Part shown: piece by piece, positions 38,161 to 49,959 of the stretch
Layout: each line of letters begins with the position of its first letter
Position numbering within the stretch: the stretch's first letter is position 1
Source of the DNA: Raillietiella orientalis
Lineage: Eukaryota
Direction: 5' to 3'
DNA length: 64,000 nucleotides
Assembly (NCBI GenBank): GCA_036172245.1
Contig: JAYWIR010000020.1
Coordinates: forward strand, 2,480,001-2,544,000
Notes under the pieces: generated by a model
What the model was told of the DNA's origin: nothing
The model's input: only the letters and a program-made list of their open reading frames with translations
Databases searched by the model: none
Translations under genes and position numbers: made by a program

Positions 38161-40619
38161 GACCAACCGTTGATCAATTGCAAAATAATGTTCTGATCAT
38201 GAGTTACCTAACTTGAGAAGAGGAAACTCCAAGGACATCAGAAGCACACTTTAATGTATAATCAACACAGTCATTCAGGCAATCAATCAATGCAATTGGC
38301 GGCATACTTCATCGTAATTAAAATGAAAAATTTTTTTTTGAGTGCGTGAAAGACATTCCGTTTTTCCTTCAGTCGATTGAGTGGATGTCGGAATGCTTAT
38401 TTGGAAGCGTCTAAAATTCAAATCGGAGCGATTTCCAGCAACATCCAATCCTAGGATGGATTTCTGACCATTCGACTTTGGGTTACAAGCTGGTACTGAC
38501 CATCCAGCGCTGAGCTGTGAAAGTCGTTTGCCAGCAGCAGCCCGCGTTTCCACTGCAGAATGGCGGCACACATTTGTGTTAAAGTAATCTCCTCGAAATT
38601 TATGCCTTTCAGTCATTTGGAAAATGATGACTGCGTTCCATTCTTTTCGATCATTCACGAGCCAGATCTCGAAGGAAATAATAATCATCATAAATAATAA
38701 ACTTCATAATAGCTTCATAAAATTCAACGGTAAATCGATGATGGGCTGAAACATATTCTAATGAGCAGAGTACAACTTTGATTTGCTGCAGTGATCAATA
38801 CCACAGATTTGCAAAAACTTGCTTGACCAGATCAATTAAGGGAACATATGGAAAACAAACTCAAGAGCAAAAAAGTGGGTTCCTTCCAGCTGTTTGGGAA
38901 ACTTTCGAACTCACATTTCATCTTCGATGTTGCTTTAGCTTTCCAGCTTTTTTTCTAGAAAACAAAAAAGAATCCTCTTGCTTGCATTCAGCAGTTAGCG
39001 GGATGCAGTTCCTCACTCTCACCTACATTCCTTACCTGTGTTCCTTGCTACAAGGTTCCTCTCAAATTGAAGTCATAAGCTAATTAGAAAGCATAATTAG
39101 AATGATTGCTCGAAGCACGGGGTAAATGAATTTTAGGAAAAACAGAGGAAAGGATTTCTGGCAGAATTTTTGGGCGCAGAAACAACGGGAATCAAACAGC
39201 TGAAAGGAAATTAGGGCTACTGGAAAATCAAGCCAAGCCTGAGATTTGTGCAGGTCGATAGAAACAAGCCTTAACATGTAAGAAATTGCAGCGAGTAGAT
39301 TTTCTTGTAAAGGAATCGACGTTTCCAGCTGCCGCTGCAAAGCAGTCCAACTGCCACTCCCTTATCTGCAACGAAAATGAGGATCGGGAGGTTTTCATGC
39401 ATGAAAGTATCACCACATATGCTGATTAAAAACGAAGTTACAAAAAAATACAAAAGAGTGCATGGGGCCCAAAACACCAGAGACATTCCCGACGACATTA
39501 GAAATGATTTCGTTAGCGGAAGCCGCAAGTTGAGTTGAGCTGTTGCAGACCTTAACATATTTCTTACATTTCACAATATTCCTCTTGTTCTCGACGTGTG
39601 TGATGGCACATCAGGTCAACCCAACAGATATGTGAATCGAGAAGGGAGAAAGAGGTGTCTTCAAGTAGAAAACGAAAATCCAAAAGAAAATTGGAGATCC
39701 AGTTGGGGATCAAAGTGGGAAGCCGTCAGCTTCGACACCAGAAGAGTGCTGCCATCCCTGGTCGAGACCTAGCAGCGCCTGGAACGTAAGGCATCGCAAG
39801 ACACAGTGAGACAGTCTTGAGATAGACCAAGATCATCAACAATGCCAGAAAATACCTGAACGGTGGGCTTATCACAGACCTATAGCTGAAGAAAATCGGA
39901 GAAAACAGAATCGAGATGCTAGGATTGTTTTGGAAATGGTCCTGCAAAAAGATCTTGGTCGATTAATTAATAGTTGAAGAAACTCCATGATGCGTTTCGG
40001 GGCAAACTGGCTGACGCTGGCGTGGAGGGGAACATCCGTTGCCTCTTCAAAAAATTCTGGAACCGCACACCAGCTTGCAAAGATGCGGAACTTCGCGCTA
40101 AGCTCGAGTGACATCTTGAAAATCCATCTATTCGGAGCTCAGGGATGATACTGCAGAATATGAAACATGTTTCACAATTCAGCCATGATAAATGAACCTC
40201 CAGATTTTACGCTGGGGATGAGGCTTTGAAAAGGGAAAGTGGAACTGGATGCAGCGAATTCAAAGAAAATTCATTTTCCTTTCTGGATGACCGCATCCCA
40301 GTCAGAGGTGATCCTACAATACGGTCTTCCTGAATGGTCTTGAAGTTGTTTCCCGATCGCAATCATTCGCCAATATTTCACATGGCGACTTTGTTTCTTA
40401 ATCGCTGTGGACTTCTAAAGAAAAGGGGAACGGAATTGGCTTTCTTTTTTAAGGACTTTATCATGTTCTGAAAGGAGGGACACACATGAATAACAGGGGC
40501 GTAGAAAAGACTGCTCCTTCCACGAAAGCATTCTTCTCACTAGCTCAATAGCACTTAGTGCCACATCTCGGAAAGAAATGAATCAAAAACTTCATTCTCT
40601 CCAATCTTTGCTATCAATG

Positions 40620-41845
40620 CGTGAATGCGGTTTGGAAGGAAAATTTCATGGGTGACTTTAGAGTGAAAGTAGAATTTTCGCACCCCAGTTGGGAAGAAAA
40701 TGAATGTTCCGAATTCAAATCATGGATTTTTCTGAATGGGAGAAATGTTTTCGCAAATGTTCGTACGCTATTTATGTTTCTAACGTGGCTGCTGTGACTC
40801 TTTCTCGTTAGAAGAGCCGTTTTTGCCGTGATGAGGAAGAGTGCTGACAACTGGGCAGACTGCACTCTTCGGTGAAGTTACCGAATACTTTGCAATGTGC
40901 TGAAGCAGCAAAGTAAAGCGCAGAGGATGCAATCGCGGACATACTTGGGAATTCTTTGGAAAAACGAAAATCTCCGGAAAGCGTTCAATCCTCAGGTGCT
41001 TCCAGCATCTTCGTTTGAGCATTTTGCGACTGACTTGTGGTTACCCTGAGCGTTAGTTGGTGGGCAATGCTTGATGGCTGAGGAAGAAGACCTCTATAAT
41101 GTGCTAATGCGTCATCGTAATGTTATCTGAATGTTTTCTGAGATGATGCTCCTCGCATTCATCGCAGAACATCCGGACAACACCCACAATCCACAAAAGT
41201 ATTTTTGAAGCATCCACGGTCAACTCGAATTGCATTCTCTCATCCAGCTCCAAGTGATTCGTGCAGATTTCTTAGTGTGCAAAAGGGTTCTTGACGCATT
41301 AGCACGGCTACATTGCCTAGTAACCAGGATCCATAAGGACGCTTTCATAGAGGCCTTATTCCTCAACCATCCAGCCTTTAGCCTTCTGGTGTGAACATTC
41401 GGTTAGATCGAATATCGCCTGTTGGTTCTCGAGTATTCCAGGTCTTCTGCCTATTGGGTTGAGTCAAACAAATTTCGAATGGTCCTTCTGGTTTGCTCGC
41501 AACGAAGGTGCTTGCGTATTTCTACGGAGCAGCAGAATTTTTCCTTGCAACAGATCCTTAAAGTTCCTTTACTGCATCAACCCAAAAAATTTTTTAGAAA
41601 TTTCTCTTTCAAGAAACAATGGAGTGGTACCCTTCTAGACAACCAAGGTGGGAGGCTCCCTTTGGGAACCCCTCCCAGGCACGAGAGGAACAGACTCCCT
41701 TCTCCGGAGCCTTCCTGGATTCGTAGGGTGGCCCCCTCCCCGGGTACCCTCCATCTTCAAGGATTACACGCCTCCTCAGGTGGCGTGGGACAGTGTTAAA
41801 AACCTGAGTGCGACTCCAGTCGCACGACGGTTCTTTAGGTACTTC
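40620..41845 (-). other. Rod-folding element D plus conserved structured module
   Basis: Nested helices 40922-40933/41229-41240 (agaggatgcaat/attgcattctct), 40995-41002/41207-41214, gtggg/cccac and ctgcac/gtgcag, apex ~41125. A degenerate minus-strand frame (GRRPGILENQQAIFDLTECSHQKAKGWMVEE) resembles ORF 1560-1754. 41636-41845 is a copy of the structured module. Confidence 0.6.
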
Positions 41846-41934
41846 GCAACCCCATCACCCAAAAAGAAATCTCGGAAATGAAAAAAAAGCTGGAAGGAGA
41901 ACAGCGAAGACAGAAAAGAACCCAAAAGGATTTC

Positions 41935-42684
41935 CATCATGTAAAAGACCGGCAAACAGCTTGTCGGAATGCGGAATGTCTTGTAGCTTCGCGAAGACGG
42001 AAGCCAGGTTTCTGGGACGGTGTAAACGAAGACCTTCTTGAGGTAGATCGGCAGGCGGCAGCTCTTCACTCCCGGTCACGTGCCCTTGATCGGGGCGCCT
42101 AGCACTTGAAGATCTTGTCCAGCTGATCCCAAACGTCTCGTACCCCCCAGAAGGCGGAGAAGCCCATGATCGCCTCGATAAAGATGCGGCCGACGCCTCG
42201 CAAGTCCATAGAGCCCCAAGTACCGAAGGGTCACGATCGTCGTGATGCTGTACATGTGACTGGGGACGGACTTCGCTCTCGCCAAGCCGAAATCGTCCAG
42301 CTCGAGCTCTCCGATCTACGAAAGCAGCAGGTTCTGCGACTTGATGCCGCGGTGCAGGATGCTCCTCTTGTGACAGCAGCACTGCAGCCCGTAGAGCAAC
42401 TGGTGCAACAGCACCTCACGTCGCAGGATCTCGATTCTCCGGGATGCTGTTCCAAGTATCGGGACAAGTCGTCATGCACGTATTTGAGTACGAAGACGAG
42501 CGCCGCTTTAGTGTGTGTCGGATGGGCTTGAGTGGCGATGTTGGTGCTCTTTCAGTCCTCGGAGAGGAGCTTCTCTTACAGCCGTGAAGGACGTTCCTTC
42601 TTCCTACTGAAACCGGGTCTCTTCCAGAGCCACTCTGTTGGTCAAGTTGCTGTAGCCTTTGCACACTGTAGCGTAAGAACCTTC
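41935..42684 (-). pseudogene. CDK14: Processed (intronless) pseudogene of a PFTAIRE-type cyclin-dependent kinase (CDK14/Eip63E-like)
   Basis: Minus-strand translation across frameshifts and stops gives [140 protein letters not shown] and LHRPRNLASVFAKLQDIPH. These are colinear with kinase subdomains I-X of PFTAIRE kinases, with no introns. Confidence 0.92.
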
Positions 42685-42904
42685 ATCCATCTGCTTTAGC
42701 ATCACAGGCTTTGGTCCAAACGCAGAATATTTGTAAGGATCCACGCTGTTCTTCGTTGAAAAACATTTTGGGTCGAGGAGGTTTCCCAGCTCGCAGTTTC
42801 ACTTCTTTGTCTCCATCTTGAATTTGTTGCTCGAAATCGAAAAACCATTCCAGACAGACTCTTCTCAGTTTTTTTTTTTTTTTTTTCTTCTTCACCAGTA
42901 TGGC

Positions 42905-43415
42905 CTATCACCCGGTCACTCCAGAGCGTTTATTATAAAAAATAATAAACATACACATGCGGGGCCATCGGCGATACATCGTCCGAAAATGCTCGGAAGC
43001 TGCCGAGTAACCGGCACGCAGGCCGGCGAGGTCCGCATCGGCTGCGGAGGGGGAGGGAGGAGCAAACAAAAATAAAAATAAAATAAAATATATAAGTGTG
43101 GATAGGGAAGGGATCACCGGGTGCTCTAGGACGTCCTCTGCATCCTTTCCGGGATGCCGGCAAGTCCCATCTGAGTATGCCCCAGGTGGGGTCGTCTGGC
43201 TGCCGTCCACAGGAAGCGCAGGACGAAGCAGATGCCGCCCCTGTCGTGCCGTCCTCCTCTCGCGTAGCTCCAAGCCGCCACAATCACACGGAGGCATCAG
43301 CAAAGAGCTGCCGGGGATGCGGGAGGAGAAAGGGCGTCGCGCACGAAGAGGTCCTTCATCGCGTTCCTGGGATCGACCGTCCGTTGGTTCGCCGAAGGCT
43401 GTGGGGTAACGCAAC
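42905..43415 (-). repeat. GC-rich family 3' end with upstream coding remnant
   Basis: The minus strand has a U-rich tract, gctcctccctccc, cggcctgcgtgccgg and the terminal aataaacgctctggagtgaccgggtgata (42906-42934). Confidence 0.7.
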
Positions 43416-44559
43416 TACAGGGGATGGAGGACTGCACAGTCTACACCAGCATGGTGTGCATCCTGGTCAACCACTGCACGTTGTGACATCAGATTGGAGC
43501 TTCCCTCAAAATACTCAGCAGTGCTGAAGATCAAACATCCAGCTCCCATTTTTCGTTCTCATGAGAACTGCACGATCGGTGAGACGGCAAGTGAGCCATT
43601 TGGCACGAAAGGGCTCATTTTTTCCTAATCAGAAAAGTGGCAATGGCCAGGTGACATTTGAGCGACCGTAGCAATGACTGCGTTACTTCTTTCTAGCAAG
43701 AAATTCGCATAGGGAGGCGCTATGTAGTCTCTTTTCGCTGCCTCCGGGCATGAATTTGCTTGAATTTTCGAATTCCTTTCGATTCGGTTTCCTTTTACGA
43801 GGATGAAAAAGCATCCACTTGAAAACAGCAGCACGATGCAGCATCATTGGAGGAGTCTTTTGATGAGGTGTTTTATTTCCATTCAAGATCAGGAAGACGA
43901 TGCTCATCCTCCGCATTGCTGTGGTTTTCATCGTGTGAAACCTGCAAGCGAGATCGAAACGAAACCGTCGTCTCTTAGGTCTCGTAGGTCGGATCCTTCA
44001 TGGGGCTGCGCGTTGCATGCTTGGTTTGTCATTTCCGGAGCTCATTAGCAAAAATCAAATCACCTTATCCAGGAAGAATAGATGGCCGCCACTGATTTCA
44101 CACAACGCCACAGGCTTACTGAGATGCAAAAAACTGATACTGCTCTCCCTCTCAGAGAAAACAGCACTCGATAATCCAAAGAACTTCGTTCGCCTTAACA
44201 GCAGAACCCGTAAGATGGAGCTGGTCATCAAGGGTAAATTAAGTACGTTGTAGTGAAGATTCCCTAGTATGTATAAAAAATTTTTTTTAGCAATTTCTTT
44301 TTAGAAATCTCAAAATAGCTTGACTCTAACTTTCTTTTCTTACCTTCCTTTAGCTGAAAGCCAAATCATGCAATGTGAAAAAATTTCGATACAGATACTG
44401 GTAATTGCATTGCGCTTTCAAAGTTTGGGACATATGATTAATATTGCCTTTACTAACCTTCTAGTGTATGACAAGTAACCTGTTGCTTCTCATACATAAA
44501 CATGAAGCAGAGGGCCATCATATGGAATGGCGTTCTACTTGTGCTCCATCTAGCCGCCT

Positions 44560-45450
44560 TCTACAGAATCGACAAGAAGCTCCGGAGGGAAATGGAAAAA
44601 CTCCAGAGGAAGATATGGAGAGAACTCAAGCACAGAGTCAGGCTCAAACTTTTGTGCAGCCTCCAGAGGAAGATGGGACCGGAATGCTGCCTCTAGAACA
44701 TTCTGTGGAGGCCATGGATGAGCGGCAACTTCTGCAGCTCACCGCAAAATGGGACGAGAGGTCCTTTGCGACGCGCAGAGCCTACTCGAAGTTGCTGAAC
44801 AGCTCGAGAGGCCTGTTGTCTGCCCTAATAGGCACCACTGGAGAGTGGGTGAACATCGATCCCACTTGGAAAAGAAAAAAAACACTGATGAGGCTTCACA
44901 AACTTAAGATCGTGCCCGGAAGTAAAGAGGTCTGGAATGAAGAACTGGCTCTGGTGATACCTACTTTGTTCCCGTTCCAAGTGAGACGTCCACCTGGATA
45001 CACCAGACTCCAAGGTTGAGAATCGAACACTTCGAACAGTTCGCCACCAGTGGCAATGGTCATCAAGCGCGACTGTTTCTCTCCAGCATGGAAATGAAAG
45101 GGAATTTCAGCTACAGAACGTGGGAAACATCAGCCACATCGAACGTGGCTACTGATGACCAAAGCCAACATGAGGAGAACGGAAACGTACCCCTGTACAA
45201 TCCAATGGTACGAACCACTCTTGCCCTCTTCATCACCGCAATAGTGGTAAGAAGGGCAAAGATGCAAAAAAAGAGATGAGGAACTCCGGCTGTGGAAATC
45301 CTCAAAGGACTCGTGCAGAAAGAGACAGGGATCAGAGACTGCAGAAGAGTTATCTCCGCCTAGATGTATTTTCACATCCTGAGGAAAATCGACGATCACG
45401 TCGAGGTAAACCGAACAATTCTCCACCTACCCTCTACCCAAACATGAAAA
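44560..45450 (+). other. Rod-folding element B carrying the best-preserved copy of unknown ORF-X
   Basis: Nested helices 44761-44768/45303-45310 (gtcctttg/caaaggac) and 44730-44737/45339-45346 (ttctgcag/ctgcagaa), plus tgccct/agggca, tggtga/tcgcca and gttc-aagtg/cactt-gaac closing on an apex at ~45000. Overlapping ORFs 44502-44696, 44468-45019 and 45016-45279 look like one frameshifted reading frame (GMLPLEHSVEAMDERQLLQLTAKWDERSFATRRAY...DPTWKRKKTL...RRPPGYTRLQG). Confidence 0.7.
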
Positions 45451-45871
45451 GGTACCCCCCAAGTGTGAAGCTAGACTGAAACAAACAGTATAGAAGTAGT
45501 GTGGTTTTCGTGATGCAAAGACTGAAAGAAATGAAAAGACTTGAAGTAAAGAAAGTATCTTTCCATAAATTCACCGCATGGTTTCCTGGACCTGGGGAGA
45601 ATGTTGTTTTTCAAATTATTCAGGTGCGTTGCTAATGTGAATAAAATGGAAACGCGATCAAAGTACACTGAATGAAAATCAGTATTCAACCCCAAGGCGC
45701 AAAAGCTCTGTAACACAAAGATGCTTTAACGTGCTTCAAACGACGGCAACGTCTTCGTTCCATTTTCTTGACGAGCTTCAAACTTGCGCTGGGAGAAATG
45801 CGCTCTTCCTTCAGGTCATTTTCCATTGGAGATGCATTCCCAAGGCATCCATATATGCGATGTCCTCATTC

Positions 45872-48316
45872 TTTGCTTCTGGAAGGGATACGCACCTCAG
45901 ATGAAAGATGGCAGAAGAGACGAGGGCCGATCCGACCGCCCAAAGAGACGCCAGCAAATGTTGCTAGCCCGCCACTCCGAGACGTCAGCTGGGAACTCCC
46001 TTCGTCCTGAAAGAGGCAAGAGAAGAAAGTTCCGAAGCATGTTCGCCGCCATCATGGCCGAAGACACGTACGTTCAAGCCAACTGCCTGGGAGCTTGTCC
46101 AAACAGCCGCGTCTTGGGAGGAGAGGAAGCCGTCGGGGCACGTGCCTGAAGACACGGCTCCGAATCGCCTCGGGAGGCCCGGCGTGGAACCCACCACCTC
46201 CCTAAAAGCTTGCTCCCGGAGTGGAAGTGCTCCCTGCCAGTGAAGTTCTTCAGCTACTGCATCCACGAGCCACCACCCTTCCCATCAGCGAGTCGCTCAG
46301 GAAGGTGGATGTGGAGTGCAGAGGGATGCCTTCCGGGACGACTCGCTCTTTCCAGCTCCCCCAACACTTGAACTCCCCTGATGGAAAGCTCCCGGTTGTG
46401 CGTTTGAGGAGCTGCAGCGAGTAAAAGAGATGGAGGGACATGAAAGAAAAAGCCACGTCTTGGATCTGCCACCGATGCAAAAGCCTAATCGGTAGCAGAG
46501 ATAAAAACGCCAATATTGGTACTTTGGACAAAACCTTCACGGAGTTTTTGTTTGTCTTTTCTTCGCCAGGATGGAAGGGAATCAACCAGTACTGATGGGC
46601 CACTTCCAGATTGCATATCCGTCAGAAAACTGGAATCTGATCGTCACCATTTCGCCTCCAGGGCTTGAGATGTTTCGACCTCCGAACCGGTTCAGTGCAC
46701 AGGTTCCCGTGGTGAGAAGATCCCGAAAACTTCACGGTCAAGTCGACTGCCAAACTCGTCGTCGTGGAAACCAGTCAGCTGGCGAAACGGTTTGTTTTTC
46801 GAGAGAACGAAGCTTGCAAAAGCATTTGAGAGCGTCTTTTTATATTCGCAGTAGGGAATGAGCAGGGGGGAGGATGTGTGTAAGCTTTGGGTCAGTGCCT
46901 CATTCACATTTGTTGCTCCCACCCGCGCCAATCCAGCTGGGAAACGCACGGGCGCCCAGCGCAGAGATCGGTGCGCGCGAATCCAACCGTTACTTGGTCG
47001 CACGACGGATTTCATGGTTTTTGAGGACGGATTCTCTGCAGAGAGGACGTGCTTAGTGACCAGGTCTGAATTTAAGGTCACGCGACGCTAAGTAGCCGAG
47101 GGAATTTTGCAGCGGGAACGCGAAGTTCGTGTTTGCGCTTGCACCAAAGCGAAGACGAAGCCCAAAGACATTGGGTTGCGCCTTCCAGCTCACCATGAAA
47201 ATGCGTTTTATCCTTCTAGCGAAATGCAGCAGAATCACGGAGCCGGGGATGGACGACTTCCGCTACTGTTGCTTCAGATTCCCGCCTCCCCATACGAAGG
47301 ATGCTGGTTATCGACTTCCTCGTGAGGAGCTTTAGAAACGACTGCAGGCAGAAACAGGAGATCTTCTCTCACTCCCATTTCGAGGAAATGTTGAGCTCCT
47401 GGCTTCTTGCACTGTGGAGAAATTTCATGCTGTCATGGATGTCACGCTGATCACAAAATGGATGTCTATGAGTAGGAGAAGAAATCAATGCACTGAACCG
47501 GTTCGGAGGTCGAAACATCTCAAGCCCTGGAGGCGAAATGGTGACGATCAGATTCCAGTTTTCTGACGGATATGCAATCTGGAAGTGGCCCATCAGTACT
47601 GGTTGATTCCCTTCCATCCTGGCGAAGAAAAGACAAACAAAAACTCCGTGAAGGTTTTGTCCAAAGTACCAATATTGGCGTTTTTATCTCTGCTACCGAT
47701 TAGGCTTTTGCATCGGTGGCAGATCCAAGACGTGGCTTTTTCTTTCATGTCCCTCCATCTCTTTTACTCGCTGCAGCTCCTCAAACGCACAACCGGGAGC
47801 TTTCCATCAGGGGAGTTCAAGTGTTGGGGGAGCTGGAAAGAGCGAGTCGTCCCGGAAGGCATCCCTCTGCACTCCACATCCACCTTCCTGAGCGACTCGC
47901 TGATGGGAAGGGTGGTGGCTCGTGGATGCAGTAGCTGAAGAACTTCACTGGCAGGGAGCACTTCCACTCCGGGAGCAAGCTTTTAGGGAGGTGGTGGGTT
48001 CCACGCCGGGCCTCCCGAGGCGATTCGGAGCCGTGTCTTCAGGCACGTGCCCCGACGGCTTCCTCTCCTCCCAAGACGCGGCTGTTTGGACAAGCTCCCA
48101 GGCAGTTGGCTTGAACGTACGTGTCTTCGGCCATGATGGCGGCGAACATGCTTCGGAACTTTCTTCTCTTGCCTCTTTCAGGACGAAGGGAGTTCCCAGC
48201 TGACGTCTCGGAGTGGCGGGCTAGCAACATTTGCTGGCGTCTCTTTGGGCGGTCGGATCGGCCCTCGTCTCTTCTGCCATCTTTCATCTGAGGTGCGTAT
48301 CCCTTCCAGAAGCAAA
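45872..48316. repeat. Inverted duplication: arms 45872-46699 and 47489-48316 (828 bp), spacer 789 bp
   Basis: The arms are reverse complements, and mirrored ORFs in the track have identical translations (e.g. 46250-46603 minus = 47585-47938 plus). Confidence 0.97.
46860..47320 (+). pseudogene. LRR-GPCR hinge remnant inside the inverted-repeat spacer
   Basis: ITEPGMDDFRYCCF (ORF 47129-47335) matches the DxFRxCC hinge of GRL101/RXFP-like receptors. Confidence 0.45.
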
Positions 48317-49959
48317 ACAAGGAGCTGCGACGGTTCCGCCACTCCAGTGTTGCACGCATCCTCAACTGAGGATCGGCGCTCCGCTTCAGCTGCATGGTCG
48401 CTTCCCTATAACTGAGAATCAGTCGAGCTGCAACTGGCAGCAAGACTCTGCTTGCTTCGAGTGTCAGTGGTATGAGAGATAAGAAACTGAAAGTGGTCTA
48501 GTGTTATCGTTATCAAGAGACAGCTTGATCTTTGGCTCATCCCAAACTCAAATCGGATAACGAATAAAGGATGCACTTGGAGGTGCATAACTTCAGCACC
48601 AACTACATTGCCATGGGATTCCCAGCGAGATTTTTTCATTCGGTTGTTTGCGTTTAGTGCCCTCAGGGTTCGAATCCCATTTCAGCAGAATTTCTTCTGC
48701 CAAAAACAGAAGAGGAACGCGATTACCTGTGTCCTCAAGCAGAGTGGAGTGCGCAAAAAACTACCAGAGTGAGGCAGTTTGCTCTGGCTGCAGGCACAGG
48801 CAGAGAGGACCTTGCGAAAGTGAAGCGCTGCTAGAAGAGAACGAAGGAAGGACGAGCATCTGATCAAAGTATGAAGACGACTTTTTTTCCTCCTAGAAAG
48901 GTGAAAAAATAAAGAAAGAAACGGATCTTTAAGATGCAGCCTGAGACAAGTGCATAGCATGCCGGATGCAGTGTGGTGGCATTTCCGGTGTTGGATCTGG
49001 TGGAAAACTGTGGCAAGATTATGGAGTAGAGCTTTGGAGCTTCCAATCGAGTTGCTCTCATCTGAAAGCAGATGTTCTGTAGCCTTTCGTATGAAACCGA
49101 ATCTTCCGAAGTCTTGTCTTGGAGAGCTCCCGCGGAATCCTTTCACTGATGGGCTTTGTTTTCCTTCCACTATTCATCCCAAATTTCAAAAATCCATCGG
49201 AACTTGGGGTCCCTGACTGCAGCTCCATCCACGCAAACTGGGAGGACAGCTGCAAGCTCTGTATTTGAAAATGCTCCGAATGTTGGTTTCCTGGAAGCCC
49301 TGCATCCAGCTCTGAATCCCGGAAGTTTCTGGCTGGAGACTGAGCGGTTTCTCCAGGGAGAGACCTCGTGGCAGGGCAGATTGTCTGCTAACGGAGGATA
49401 TCCGGCAAAGCAAACACGAACCTGCACTTGCAAAGGGTCGAGGGAGATGGGGAGAGTCGAGGAAGACCTTGACGAGAAAGCGTACACTCTGGCGATCGTC
49501 AAACAAACGAAACGGAGAGATACAAATCGCGTATTATGTGTGTGCCTCTCTGCGGGAAAGGCTGGGTCTACGGAAAGGAACTCTTCCAGAAAAATCCTGG
49601 ATGCAGACCGAACGGATAGGGTTTTCCATCGTCGACTTTCAGCGTTCATGTGGAAGGTCGCTAAGTGAGCTTGCAAGGAGGCGTGCCAGGAGCAACGGTG
49701 GTCATCGCTGACCATCCAGAAAGCTCAGCGTGCTTCTCGGTCTGCGCTTCTTCCGGATGGACCATTCCGAAAATTCACTCTGCCGCAGAGATTGCGCTGG
49801 CGGGGCAGTGATTTCAGGGCAGATGGGTTCCTGATCACCCCACATTAGAGAGGTGGGTTGTTTCCTTTCAAGTTCCGGGAAGAAATAGTCAGGTGTTTTT
49901 TTTTTTTTTCTTTTGGCTCAATCCGCTGCATTTCTTCTTCATTTTCTCTACTCCCAGTT

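Noticed and set aside
41770..41840. Twister-like TAACACTG on the minus strand
   Set aside because: The other conserved twister elements could not be found.
44980..45016. RRPPGYTRLQG as Oblin-1 domain A
   Set aside because: Only R..GY is shared, which is insufficient to call it an Oblin.
45872..48316. DNA transposon with long TIRs
   Set aside because: There is no transposase in the spacer and no evident target-site duplication, and the coding-like frame continues past the right arm.
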